The notes under the pieces were generated by a model. The model searched no databases and was not told the origin of the DNA. It saw only the letters and a program-made list of their open reading frames with translations. A stretch of DNA of 64,000 bases. Source: the human T2T-CHM13v2.0 reference genome, Homo sapiens. Positions 25,707 through 40,359 of the stretch are shown piece by piece. The stretch lies in the NCBI RefSeq assembly GCF_009914755.1, contig NC_060925.1, one strand, 5' to 3'. How positions within the stretch are numbered: the first letter of the stretch is position 1; each line of letters begins with the position of its first letter. A program made the position numbers and the translations under genes.

Positions 25707-27299
25707 AGTATCTTTTTTTCTTTTTTCCGAGGATGAGTCTTAAAATTTTGACAGAAACAGTACTGGAGCAATTTACATAAGGAGTAAAATCAACTTTCTT
25801 ATGTTTTATCTAGAGATTCCTTACTTAATTTGTGTTTAATAAAGTTTATTTGAAAACTAGAAATTATCAAAAATTTAATGTCAATAACATTTCTTAAAGA
25901 AATTAGGCCTAGGGATTTATAAATAGCTGAATCTATGACAGAGAATAATTCAAGGATCCCTAAATATTTTATGATTTTGTTCTCTGTAAACTTATGGACT
26001 CTAGTCAAATAACAGCACAAAAATTATAGCATCTTCAAGATGTAGTTCCTGGATATAAAGATAATTATATTAATATAAGATAATTATATTAATATGTACT
26101 AAATATTTATTAATGTTGCAATGTATTTACCAAAAAAAATTCGTTTTTGGTGGGGTTACAAAATGTATGCTTAATAGCTGTAGTGTTAACTTTTATATAT
26201 TCTGATGATTATATAATAGACTCAAATGAGCATACAAACACTAGCGCTTAATTATAGGCAAATTAGAATTGATACTATTTAAATTCTTCAATTGTTAGTG
26301 TGTGAACTTTGGAGATTCCTAGAGTGTCCTGTACCGTTCGTTTTCTGTGTGACAAAGCTGCCTGTAAAATATTTAGCACGAGACTTTTTATATAGGAGGT
26401 TTACACTTTGACGTCTGAGATGGAGCCATCAGGGTTGCTGTGCTTGATAACATTTTATGCCAAGATTATTCCATAATTTCTGGGTGTTCCATTTGTCTAG
26501 CGGTGACTAGCTCCACTTACCTGTGGACCATGCAAAAGTTTCATCCAAGATAGGGCCCTCCTCTCCTTACATTTCATCTAGAACAATAACCAAGGTAAGG
26601 TGATCCAATAGTAGAACTATCCTGCTCCAGGAGAAAAGAATTCACCAAAATAACTGTAGGTTCTAATTGGTACGTATCAGCAGGTACTGAGATCCTGGGA
26701 TTGGATCTGGAGTGTGCTTGTTCATGGGTACAGATAAATATAAAATTTGATAAGGGAGTTATTGAAATTGGATATTAGATAAAATATATCTTCTCATCAA
26801 GGAAATCTGGAGATCGTATTGATACATTGCTAAGGTAGTTCCTTAAAGCTTGAGAAGAAAAAATTCTCTAGTAAATGAGATACAGGTGCTGGAATTGCCA
26901 TAGAAGAGTATAAGGAAGGGCTGAACGTACTCGGAGATTAAGGCTTGTTAGAATAGATATATTCTGTTATATCAGAGAATGCTTTAGATAATTATGTTCC
27001 CCAAGTGCCCAGAAGAGGCCCACTCTGTAGAGTACTGGGAATGCTCTAGTATGGGAGCATAGTCATTGTTGAGAATCCCGGTGAGATCTATTCTCCATAG
27101 GCCAGGTTTACCAATAGGAGAGTTTTCAATAGAATTGGACTTCCAAATATTAATAGAAATCTTAGAATTTTCAAAAAAAGCAGCAAATAACTGTGAACAG
27201 CAGAATGGTGTATTTATTGTTTTGGGAAACAAGACCAGACTGAAAACCAAGGGCTCCTGAGGTCCACCTGTTTGTTACACCTCTTTGGATTTTGGAGAC

Positions 27300-28080
27300 T
27301 GTGATGTTGAGATCTCTATATCTATCTATCATCTATCTATCTATTCATCTACCTATCATCTATCTATCTATTCATCTATTATCTATCTATTCATCTATCA
27401 TCTATCTATCTATTCATCTATCTGTCTCTGTCTAATATCTATCTATCTTTAATAGCAATCTATCATCTATTTATCTCTAATATCTATCTATCTATCTGTG
27501 TATCATCTATATCTATTTATAGTTTCTAGATAGCTGAACACGTGGAGGCTGACAGGTGAAGAAGAACTCATCCATCCACGTTCTGGAGGGGTGTTGGCAC
27601 ATCCCCAACTCCATGGGGATGGAAGCTCCTGCACTTGGGACCCTTCCAGATCTCACCATATGTATCTCTTCATCTGGCTGTTTATTTCTATCCTTTAAAA
27701 TATCCTTCATAGTAAGCCAGTAAGTGTAAATATTTTCCCTAGATCTGTGAGCTGCTCTAGCAAATTAATTAGACCCAAAGAGGGGGTTGTGAAAATCTCA
27801 ACTTGAAGCCAGTGGATCATAAGTTCCCCCAGACTTGTGACAGTGAGGAAGGAGGGGAGGTTTTGTGGGACTGAGCCTTCCCCTGTGGGATCTGACACTA
27901 TCTCCAGGTAGACAGTGTTGGAGTTGAATTGGAGGACACGTAGCTGGTGTCCATTTCTTGCTGTATGTGGAAAACCCCCCATACGTTTGGCCACAGAAGT
28001 CTTCTTCCGTGTTAATAATTGGAATTGTGTAAGAGCAGAAGAAAAGCAGAGCTTGAGAGTTTGTTTGTTTGTTTCTCTGA
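27300..28080 (+). mobile_element. MER21-family LTR with an expanded (TATC)n near its 5' end
   Basis: GAAGCTCCTGCACTTGGGACCCTTCCAGA, TGTGAGCTGCTCTAGCAAATTAAT and GGGATCTGACACTATCTCCAGGTAGA match recalled MER21. Confidence 0.8.
27315..27516. repeat. Complex (TATC)n/(GATA)n tetranucleotide repeat
   Basis: Directly visible interrupted TCTA array of about 200 bp. Confidence 0.95.
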
Positions 28081-29429
28081 AAGGTCTAGTATCCATGCAA
28101 TGCTGGGGAACACTCCTCTGAGTAAGCTTTATCCAAAGAGAGTTCTTCAACAGGTTCAGGCTGTAGAATAGCAGCCTGGCTGTTTTCTGACATGTGCACT
28201 GGCAAATCCCATGGTGCTTGAGGTATTTGGGATAGATAAGGATGCTGTGTGGACTCTCTGGCAAGCCCCAGTAGAAGAGCCATGGTGTAGACCTAGGGTT
28301 CTGCGACTGTTCACTATTCAAAAACAGCCTCTAGCTTCGGTGGCATCAAACACAGCAGTTTCTGAGCATGTCCTTCATCATGTGACTATGAAAATAGAGC
28401 TGCCCATATTGACAGGTCATTTTGTAAAGTCAAATCTACAGATCTATAATATTGGGTAGGCACAGAGGCAATTCATCATGTGATAGAAATAGCAAATTGG
28501 GGATTCGTTCAAGTTGGTTTGAAAGGCACAAGTGAATATGTAAATACATTTGGCCGTCTCCTGCAACGGGTGTCACCTAGCTCATTGCACAGCCATTTGT
28601 TACTTAGCTCACATCTAATTTTTTTTGTGGGACTACCACAACTGGATGATAAGGAAGGAAGAAACACAGTTCATGGATGAATAAGATCAATAGGTTGGTA
28701 TGAGCAGAAAATAGGTTGCTCCTGCAAAAAGGCCCAGCACAGAAGTATCTCTGAAAGAAAGAAGTAAAGAGAAAATTCTCCTATGGTGGGCAGAGATTGG
28801 AAATGGACACACAGTGATCTACTTGGTATAGAAGGAGAAATGGCTTGCAGCAAGGATATGCACAGGCTCTTGGTCAGTAGCAAATTGCCCTGCCTGGTGG
28901 AACAGGATCTAAGAAAGTGAGATTGGAAAAATAGAGACAAAGAATACAGGGGAAGAGGCATACGGCTGGACCTATGGGAATAGACACCGAATGTGTGGAT
29001 ATTTGGTTTTCCCATTGGTTCCGCCAGAACACATCCACCCCAGTGGAGCAACTGAACAACCATGCAGATAGAATGACTTGGGTAGGGCATGTCATCCAGC
29101 CTCTGTCTTTAGCCAGCTCTGTGCTTGGGTGTTGTGCACATGAATGGAGTAACCCTGGGGCAGGGTTGGAAGTTACGGATGGCTAGCAAGCTACTTGAAC
29201 ACCAATTCTGGCAGTAGGAAAGGAAACAGAATGGCTGGTATACAAGGGGATGATAACCAGCAATGACACTCTCTTGGAACCTACTATTCACCCCATTACA
29301 AATCATTGTTTTGTTGTTGGTTTTTTTTTGTTTGTTTTTAAGGAACTGTGACCAGTCACAAATACAAAGACAGAAGACGTTAGACTTAGTGTGTGTCATA
29401 AATGCATCTGAGCAGTACAAGAGGTGGGC

Positions 29430-29848
29430 TACAGCAGGCATTGTAGGTGCACAGCCCCTAGCCCCTCATCATTATAACTGGAGGCTCCATGGAAAGCACC
29501 TGCCAGTTGGACTGAAGATTCTTTTTTCCGGCTAAGGGAATATGCGGGGCCTGTATACATGATAAACTAAAAGTAATAGAGATTTAATTCTAGAAATCAC
29601 CTTCAATTAAAGAAAAATGGGGATCTGGTAGATTCAAACCCCAGTTTCCTCATCACTCATTAAGGATCACTCCAAGGCTGAGCTCTCCTGTTTCCCAGAA
29701 TTCCCAGTGCACTCCAGCTCCAGGGTCTGTCGTTGGTAAGAGGTAAGTAGATGCCTTTCCATTCCTGGGATCACCTACCAATGAAACTGCTTGTCCACTT
29801 GTCATCAGTTCTTCATCTCAGGATCTTCTGGGAGAAAAAATCCATCAC
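29430..29848 (+). mobile_element. LTR16A-like 3' LTR of the ERVL-like provirus
   Basis: Follows the PPT; TACAGCAGGCATTGTAGGTGCACAGCCC start and CTCAGGATCTTCTGGGAG end resemble recalled LTR16A. Confidence 0.6.
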
Positions 29849-31959
29849 ACATTAAAAACAATCTATTTTCTATAGTTAAATGAAACATGCATTCTGAATG
29901 TTGTGTCAGTAACTTTCTCATGTGGATTATTTACTTATGTCCTGATTTTCCCATTTAGATCCTTATTTTTCCATGACTTCTCCTTCAGTAACATCTGAAT
30001 AACAAGAACTCAAAATATAAAAGAGCAATGAAAGAAGTACCCAAATCAGTAGAGTGAATCAAATCTGCATGAGAAATGCAAGGTCATAAATATTTATGTA
30101 GGCTTTTCCTCAATTTTTGCCCTATGAAGGAATGACCCTTAGGTTCAGAAGTATTCTAGACCATATTAAGTGCCACAGAAGGTTCTCACTCTCTATAGCT
30201 ACCTTCTCATTCAATTACAACATAATGTAGTTAGATTTCATGCATGTATGTGGAAAGAGATGTTTGAATGCATAGCTTGTCCGAAAGCTAAAAAAAGTAT
30301 GAAACCTGGACTATAAAATGGGTTCACAAGGATTAAGTTTTTCTATTCCAGTCTTCCAAATGGCATTTTCATCTCTAGAAATTTGAGAGAGAAATTGACT
30401 GTCTTCATATGTGAATGGCTCTTCAATTACTTTTTAATGCAAACTCACGCTATGTAAAATAAGCGCTTTATTTTATATAGTAGTAATTCAACTACTGAAC
30501 ATATTTGAGAAACACTTACTTTTTGTGGATTTATACAAAATTGCTATTGCAATTAATGTCAGGATGGCAAAGATAAGGACCACAGTCCATTAACACTTAG
30601 CAACCCTAGCAGCTTGACCAGTGACTGGAAATACAGTGCTGATGAATTTCATACATAATATTTAAGAAAAGCTATAAGCTATTAATTTGCAACATACTTC
30701 ACTAAGCAAATGGAATTAGCAATAGTGAAGGATAAAAATCTTTTGAGCATATGTTAGGTTTTGTTAATGAAATAAGACAACTTCTTTGAAAAAGTAAAAA
30801 CTTTGAAATACATATCCACCAAGGAGTTCTTGTATGCCCAAAGTCAAAATCATTTTGCCACTATAGACAGATAGTTTGTCTTTTGAAAGAAAACATCATC
30901 ATAATAGTGTTGGAAAAGTCTATTCCAGATCAATGTTTGTGTGTACTTGTGAAAACTTTCCTTTTATTTTTTATATAAAGTGTTTATATCTTGGGAACTT
31001 AAGATTTTTCCTTTCCTATTTTCTTGTTTCTCTAGTCATTTTCCACAGATAATGCTTGCAAAGGAAGTTAAACGTGATGTTTTTTCTCATCATAATTGGT
31101 CCAGTGAATTTTTGTCCTCCTCAAGACCAGTAGTACATTTTCCATCGATCTCCTCCTAACTTCAATTTCTTCCTATAAAAGATAGATTCCATGATTAATA
31201 ACTTCAATTACCTTCTTGTCACTATTACCAATGTCCTTGCCTCGTTGTTCCAGTGATACAGGCAGCTGGCAAAAGAAACTTGAGGAGAAAAATCAGAAAA
31301 CTCTGTACTATATCTTAGTATTGACTTGACATTCTCGATGCTTCCCTAGCTAATATGTTTTCGTATGATCACAAGGAGCTAGTTTAAACTCCTATATTAT
31401 AATACACTTACCTCTGCCACCTGTTAAAGTTATCATTCTCAGAAGATGGTCTCACTCACATATCACGTCGCAGCCAGCAATTTTATAATAGCATTTTCAC
31501 AAACTCTGTCCAGCTTTCCAAACTTTTACCTTCTGTGATTGTATTCATTTTCATTTATTCTTCTACATTTTGGACATCAGTGCTGCTTATGATTATTATA
31601 ATTTAAACTTCCCTACTGAGTCTTCTACACTTGCGTGCATCTTTGAGGCAGTATACCTACCATGGAGGTGAGCTTCTTTCACTTTCATGGTGTAGTTACA
31701 AGCTGCCTATGAAGAAATTTTTTCTCTTTGAGGTGCCAACTGGAACTTTCATTCGGCAGGTCTTCTTTTCTTAACTGGTAATAAACTTGAATGACTACGA
31801 AAGGACACAGCTGGCTTCAGATTCAGTTAGAAGGATACGATGCTAGTGAATGCTGCATTTCTGCATGTCAGCACAAGCCATTTCTTACTCGTGAAAGCCC
31901 TCACAGCAGTCCTACAGTAGTGCAAGGCCTGTGGAACTCTAGAGTAATTCTGTCTAGTT

Positions 31960-32135
31960 CTCTCCCTGGTGCCTTTTACCAGCTGTGACCCCTGGAATCA
32001 TAACTCACTCTATTTCAATTTTCTCACTTAAAACATAATGACAAATATCATAATTCACCTAGGATAGTTTTGTTGAGGGCTAAACAAAATAAACTAATGT
32101 AAAAGACCCTCTGGTAAGTGTACAATAGTTATTGC
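31960..32135 (+). mobile_element. MIR fragment
   Basis: TACCAGCTGTGACC and TTTCAATTTTCTCACTTAAAA resemble the MIR core. Confidence 0.65.
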
Positions 32136-32734
32136 CAAAAATATTATTCTGTACTAACTTAATAAACTTTTCACTATTTTGCCTATATATGAATAATTTT
32201 TCCTTGAAGGTCTATCTGAAATGTTACTTCCTCTGTAGTTTGTCCTGAGGCCCGCCTCAATTCATATTCCTACAACTCATAACCATAACCACCATAATCA
32301 ATATTATATCATTTATATTTTATTACCATACATGTTTATATTTTGTATGAAAATATTCACTCACACTACTTCCTAAACTCTTCAAAAAACCAGCAAATAC
32401 CACAGTGCATACCATATGAAAATAATTAAATCAATATTTCTAAATAAGCAAGTTTTATTTCAAAGACTCCCTTTTAAAATATATGTGTTAAATTTTAAAA
32501 AATAAATGGCTAGTTGTTGGGTTTGGGAAATATAAGTAGTAAAATTGAATTTTAGTCAAATTTATCTATAGTAAATTTACCCTTCTGTACAGAGTATACA
32601 TTTTTAATAGAGGCTAGAACTTCTGTAGGTTATTTGGGAGAAAGTTTCTAACCCATGTAGAATATAAAGCTAAAGAGACATCAATAATATTTTGTATATA
32701 ATATGCTCTTGTAATGGAATCCTGTTACAACTTA

Positions 32735-33046
32735 AAAATGTATTTTCTATTATGGAAGCTACTAGCCAAATGTGGCTCTTCAGCACTTGAAACGGAGTTG
32801 GTCAAAATTAAAGTGTGCTCTAAATATAAAATAGACTATAGAGTTAGAAGATGTAATATAAAACAAAGATTATAAGATACCTCATTAATCAAATTTTATA
32901 TTGATTTTATAATCAAAGTGTATTTTGAATATATTGAGTTAAATTCTGTACTGTTAAAATTCACTTCACTTCTTTTTTCTATATGGCTTCTGGATAGTAT
33001 ACAGTTACACATGTAGTTTGTGTTTTATTACTACTGGGAAGTGCTG
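32735..33046. mobile_element. MER33-like hAT-Charlie MITE
   Basis: GCTACTAGCCAAATGTGGCT, AGCACTTGAAA and terminal GGGAAGTGCTG. Confidence 0.7.
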
Positions 33047-33371
33047 TTATAGATAATGAGTCACAAGTAAAGAGGGAATTGAGGTGGTGTCCAGTTGTAT
33101 AGCTAAAAAGGATTACAAATATAAATAGGATATGAGCGAATTAATTTGATAGTACCCTCATTCATTTTTAAAATATTTCATTTCTAGCTTCTATTGTTCG
33201 TTTGTTTATTGGTTTAGACAATATTTTTTTTCTCAAATTACAAATATGTAACTGACTCCAACTTTATTTTTCAAACTTTTCAAGTGTCTTAATGATGTTT
33301 AGAAAATGAAAGTATAAGTTTTACTCAGTGGGAGACAAAATGGCCTTACACATATTTTGCTGATATAGGAT

Positions 33372-34457
<1,086 letters not shown>

Positions 34458-35415
34458 GGATCATTATATTTCATACATAAGTTTATGAACATTATTTATT
34501 AACAAAAAGAAAAAAACTTCTGGGAAATTTTTTTACCATGTTACCTGAGGAAAGATTGCCTGAAGTGTGATACTTTTTAAAGAGCAAAGTAAGCACACAC
34601 ACAAAAAAGTTGCACCTGAAGTTTATGATGTTCTCTATATTTTGTTTAGAATTGATCTGGTGAGATGACTTTATATTTTCAATTTTTGTAGATTCCTAAT
34701 AAATGCCAAGTAGACCCTAGTACTCAAATGTTACAGAAAAATAATTAGTATTGAATAACTAGTTTAATTTTAACCCACAAATTGAATATATGTATCTAAA
34801 TGTTTATGTGTTTAAACAAAAATATTGTATGACTTATTAAATATTTTAGATAAACTTGACTAAAATTCAATTTCACTGTGATAGCAAGAATAGTTCAATT
34901 TTTTCTCCTCTCAGTTATGATTGCTTTTCTTTGATGAAACTCTCAGTTATGTACCACAATTATAACACAAAGAAAAAATAATCTGGTCTATAAAAACATG
35001 TAAATATTGAAGACTATGCCAGAATTTGGCAGAAAATATATATAATTGTTTGTGGCAAAATAATTGCAATATTAAATCTGCAACGAATTGCAAAAAGCAA
35101 ATAAACTTACCATAACAAATTATTAATCTAAAATTTCAATTATTTTTTTCTGGGTTTCTTGCTGGATTAAATACATCAGACCCTATTCACAAATCAAACG
35201 TATCTAATGTATTTTACATGGAACAATGAACTATTCATTGATATTTAAAAGGAAGTAGAAAAATCTTACTCCCTACATGCAAATTTATCTATCTGGATTA
35301 TTTCATGGATAGAAAATAAGGCAATGAAGTCCTCAAGAAAATAAAATGTTTTGCTGACTAAGGTTAAAACTTGCTCTGAAGATATATTTCTCTCATTTTT
35401 GCCCTTTATTTAGAA

Positions 35416-35610
35416 TAATAATTCTCAAAAGCATTTGAGAATGTGTCCCTTTATTTAGAAGGGTAACTCTAACGCCCCCGTTAGAAAAGCATATTCTCAC
35501 ATTCCACCCTGAACTCCCTGCGTAATAATTTTGGGAATAGGGCCCAGCAATTAGCATTTTACAATCCCTCCAGGGGATTCTCATTCTTTCTAAAATGTAA
35601 GAATCCCTGC
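35416..35610. mobile_element. MER5-like hAT MITE remnant
   Basis: TTCTCAAA left end, GGGCCCAGCAATTAGCATTTTACAA and TCCAGGGGATTCT interior, AAGAATCCCTG right end. Confidence 0.6.
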
Positions 35611-37998
35611 AATAGAGTATGTTTTGGCCTATTTTTTGTCACCATAGGATGAGAGGAATCTACCAGCAAACAAAGAGTCAAGAAATTTCATGGAAATTAG
35701 TAAATAAATTGTCTCTCAAAGAGTCTACTAAGAATCTATTACCTATAGGGAATGCAGACTCACAGGAAGACAAATATAGCAAGCAATTCTTAGAGCTTTC
35801 ACCACACTATCATCCTGAAATTTACATGACCTCACTACATGAGGGAGAAAACAACATAAGAACAGATGTCTTCTTTTTAAAGGCTTCTGTAAATCATCTT
35901 TATTCAGTAGATATTTTATTGTCCTAGATGTATTACAAAAACGAATACTTAAATTGCGTTATTATCCATTTATTTTGGTAATATTTTATCTAACCATCAA
36001 ATTTATACATGGGAAGATGATTTGTCAAATCCACTTTTTTCTATGAAATTAAAGCTATTCATTTCATATAATGCACACTTTCTTGAAATAGAACACAAAC
36101 TACTTGTGAGTTAAAATGTGTTGCACATGTATGTGTGATAAATGTCTCTGACATTTTCATCTCAGAGTTGGTGAAAATGTTCTTACTACCTGTTTGTTTT
36201 ACACTGATACTGTAGTTAATCTATGATATTATTTCAAATTGAATTTAAGCAAAAATCGACTAAAGTAAGCACTAAAGAAACAATAGGTTAAGAAAATGGT
36301 ATTTAAAATTGTATAGGTAATAAATTATCAAGATGTTTGACTCTTAGAACCCAGTGGAAAACTGAAGATTCAAATACAGAATATTAAAATTAACTTTAAA
36401 AGAGAAATGATGCACTTTATTTTAGGGGGAATGATATTTACAATGTTATTATCAATTAAAACTAATTACGATAAATTTCCTTTGGAAATACAAATGCTAT
36501 CAAAACTCAATATCACTAATTTGCCATGATTAAAATTATTTTCCTTTTTATCTTGCCAACAGATTATTAATTAAATAACTGATTCTCATATACACCCTTA
36601 CCCTTTCTCCATTCCTTAGTACAATTATAGCTGAGCTTAAAGAAGACAGAGATCATCTATTTTTTTACATCAAATGAAAAATTTACATAAGTGTTATGTA
36701 CAGATTACATAAAATACAATCCATTACTTATTCTCTCAACTACACATCAGTGCTCAGAAATTAAGCAGCTGTCTAGCTTTTAACTAACAATAGGTAGAAG
36801 TCTAGCCAATTAGTTGCCTTGTGTTGTCATTACCTGATTTTAGAAAGTATTTTGTTCTACAGCCTTGTCATATTAGACAGAGTTTTTTCTTTCATTTTTT
36901 TTTTTCTGGAGGTAAAAATATAACTACATATCTTGTGCCAGACATGCCAGCTCGGTTGTGATTTCATCATTCAGACACGGTCTGTCTTAGTTTCTACTCC
37001 AGTCTCAGCAGCCAGAATCACGCCTGATCCATTGGAAGATGAAAAATGCTTGAAGAATGAATGAACTAATGAAGAATGAATAAACATGCTGGCTGTATAT
37101 GTATGTATTAATGTTTTTCCAAAAATATATAGGTTACTTATATGTTAACAAAAAGAGGACAACAAATTTATTCTGCCAAATTAGGCCATCAGTTTTTTAG
37201 TTTTCATTCATTTGAAAATAGTTATTGAGTGATTATTATGATCCATCTTTCTGTAAGCAATCAATCTGGTTATGATATAATTCCTAGTGGTGTCTGAGAT
37301 TGATCCCTAAGTTATTTCAGCGACCAAAGCTGGAGATAAAAGCTTCAAAACTCCATGTATATACTACAAAGTGCATATGTATATTTTGTTCAGTGTTCAA
37401 AATGTAGAATAACAGTATGGACAAAGGGAATTTGAAACTATTTGTTGAATGTCTTCCAATTTTTTAAAATACATTGAATCTTTTATGAACAGATTAGCTT
37501 CTTTTGCTTTAGTTACTAATCATTCATAACCTCAGATTTGTTTGGCACTCAATCATTTATTTTTCCTAGAATATATGCAGGTACATTTGAATTGTAATTT
37601 TGTCCTTGAATATTTTCTGTAAATAGTCTAAATAAAATGAAATGAACATAAAAACGTGTCTTCTAAAGCTATGTGAAGTATGATTCCAGACTTTTTTTTC
37701 AAGCATATGCATATGCGCTTCTACTTTGACACCGACAACTTAAGGTAAAATTAAACATTACTTAATGGAAAATATCTTTTGTGATCCTAGAGTAAATTTG
37801 TTTATGCCTGCATGCACGAATGTTTGTAAATAAATATTAATGTGTTGGCATATACAGCTACATAGCTTTTAATGGGTTCATATTTAACACATTACTCTAA
37901 TACTATTTCCATTTTACAATAGAATAGCGTGAGCGTATTTCAATGTCAATACATATAAATTTACCTCCTTCTTCAAAAGGACACCTCACTTTTCTTGA

Positions 37999-38407
37999 GT
38001 GTATTTGTGGGAAAATAACACCAGTTGCTGCAACCCCAAATTTTCAGTAGCTCAAGGAAAAAGAAGCTTATTTCTTGTTACAGAAAGTCCGATCTCCTGT
38101 GAATTCTCTCTTCTTCAGGTATAGATTCAGACACCTAGACTCTCTCCATTTTGTGGCTTTGCTATTCTTAGACTTGGAGATCTCTGCTTAATCTTTTCCA
38201 TGTAGCTGACAGATCAGGTCATGGGGGAAGATCAAACAGGACAATTTTGAGCCAAGTATGATGTACATCATTACTTCAGCCCCTATTCTATTGGCTATAA
38301 CTTAGTTACAAGACAACCCTTACCTGCTGGGAAATAGGAAAATGTAGGTGAGTGAATAAGAGGAAAAGAAAGAAGAATTGATTATTATCTAGCCAGTTGC
38401 TGCCACA
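37999..38407 (-). mobile_element. Old MaLR LTR (MLT1I/J/K-like)
   Basis: CCCCAAATTTTCAGTAGCT, ATTCTATTGGCTATAACTTAGT and terminal TGCCACA. Confidence 0.65.
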
Positions 38408-38884
38408 TCAAATATAAATGTACTGTTATTTATTTAATGATTTCTGTACCATACGTACTTTTTGTTTTTTAACAGGACTATTGTTGCAATAAAAACACAC
38501 ACATGCAAATACCTTTAAACACACATTTGAGTTTTTGTAGGTATTTTAAGTAAAATTTTAATGTGAACTTTCAGATTGTTTTCAGAAAATGCCATATGAA
38601 TTCATATTCACATCAATGGTGCACGAGAAAAGTAATTTTTTCGTATTTGCCAATATTGGATTGTATCAATCATTTAATTTTATTAGTCTGGAAGTAAAAT
38701 GGGCTTGCAGCTTCAAGTCTTTTAAACAGGCAAACCTACAGTGTACTCATCCATATTTCTCAGCAGGCCTTTGCATTCATGACTATGAATTAGAATAAGT
38801 TTGATATAGGGTTATATTATATGACTATGGTCAAGAAATAACCTAGATGGTATTTTATTTTAAAATTTATATATATATATATGG

Positions 38885-39175
38885 TTTTAGACGAAGTCTC
38901 ACTCTGTCGCCCATGCTGGAGTGCATTGGTGCAGTCTCAGTTCACTACAACCTCCACCTCCCAGGTCCAAGCAGTTCTCCTTCCTCAGCATCCCGAGTAG
39001 CTGAGACTATAGGCACATGCCACCACCACCATGCCCAGCTACTTTTTGTATTTTTGGTGGAAATGGGGTTTTACCATGTTGGCCAGGCTAGTCTCGAACT
39101 CCTGACCTCAAGTGATCCACCCACCTCAGCCTTCCAAAGTGCTGGGATTATAGGCTTGAACCACCATTTTCGGCT
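38885..39175 (-). mobile_element. AluS/J element; tail replaced by (TA)n
   Basis: Dimeric Alu reverse complement. Confidence 0.92.
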
Positions 39176-39970
39176 TCCTATATAGGTATTTTAATGGAGG
39201 CTCTGATTCTGGGTGCATTATCTATTTTTCTCAAATTAATTTATTACCTGTATTTCACAGATTAAGGATTGAATTTGAAAGAGTGAATATGTGTGTGTTA
39301 ATTTTAATTCTACTTTTTAAATTCTCTTTGTTAATATATGAAATATAACCACTGACATAGTAGCATACACTAAGTTGTGTAGCATACTCTAATAAACATC
39401 AAGATTATTTTATAGATGTCCTATCCCTAAGGCAAGATTTTTTACTTTTGGTACTACTTAGAAATTTTATTAAAATATTAAACATTAATATAATATTTGC
39501 AGAAATTATGGTGATAAACATTTTAAAAACTCATATATGAAGAAGGAAAAACTTTAACCATTATTATTTCTATAATTCCATATGTTAATTGTTTAAGGAT
39601 AAATTTTCTACGCCATTTTCAACAGCTTGTCCAATGTAGTGCAAAACACATTTGACATTGCATATAATATTTCCAATAGTCTGAATTTGACTTTTTTTCA
39701 CTTAAACTTACAATAGGAGCATTTTTTCTTTTATTTAAATATTCTTTGCTGGCATGATTTTACTGCATGCCTATGAAACTAACATAGTTTAATTCATAAG
39801 CTTTTAGTAGTAACTTAAGTCTTTGTAAAATTTCATTTCTTTTTAATATATAAAAACTGATGAGAGGAACATCTTAAACAATACCACATGTTTATCATTA
39901 GTCATTTATTTAAAATAAATGGTTATTCTAAATGATTGCTCTATGGTATTTCTGAGACAAAGTATGTGCC

Positions 39971-40268
<298 letters not shown>

Positions 40269-40359
40269 ACATATACCTGTCTTTCAAAACCAAACAACTA
40301 ACTTCTCTCATTTTTTTCTCTCACTTTTTCTATCTTTGTCTCTCTTTCTCCTTCTGTCC

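Larger units (their letters stand above)
26560..29429 (+). mobile_element. Degenerate ERVL-class internal region (HERV16/ERV3-16A3-like), interrupted by MER21
   Basis: Gag-like DNA near 26695-26775; ORF 28211 MVLEVFGIDKDAVWTLWQAPVEEPWCRP resembles recalled ERVL Pol MVLEVSVADRDAVWSLWQAPIGESQRRP; PPT-like AAGAGGTGGGC just before 29430. Confidence 0.75.

Noticed and set aside
26058-26095. 19-bp tandem duplication AAGATAATTATATTAATAT
   Set aside because: Real but ordinary slippage in low-complexity AT sequence
27707-28321. 204-aa minus-strand ORF
   Set aside because: Crosses the MER21/ERVL boundary in antisense; no recognisable domain
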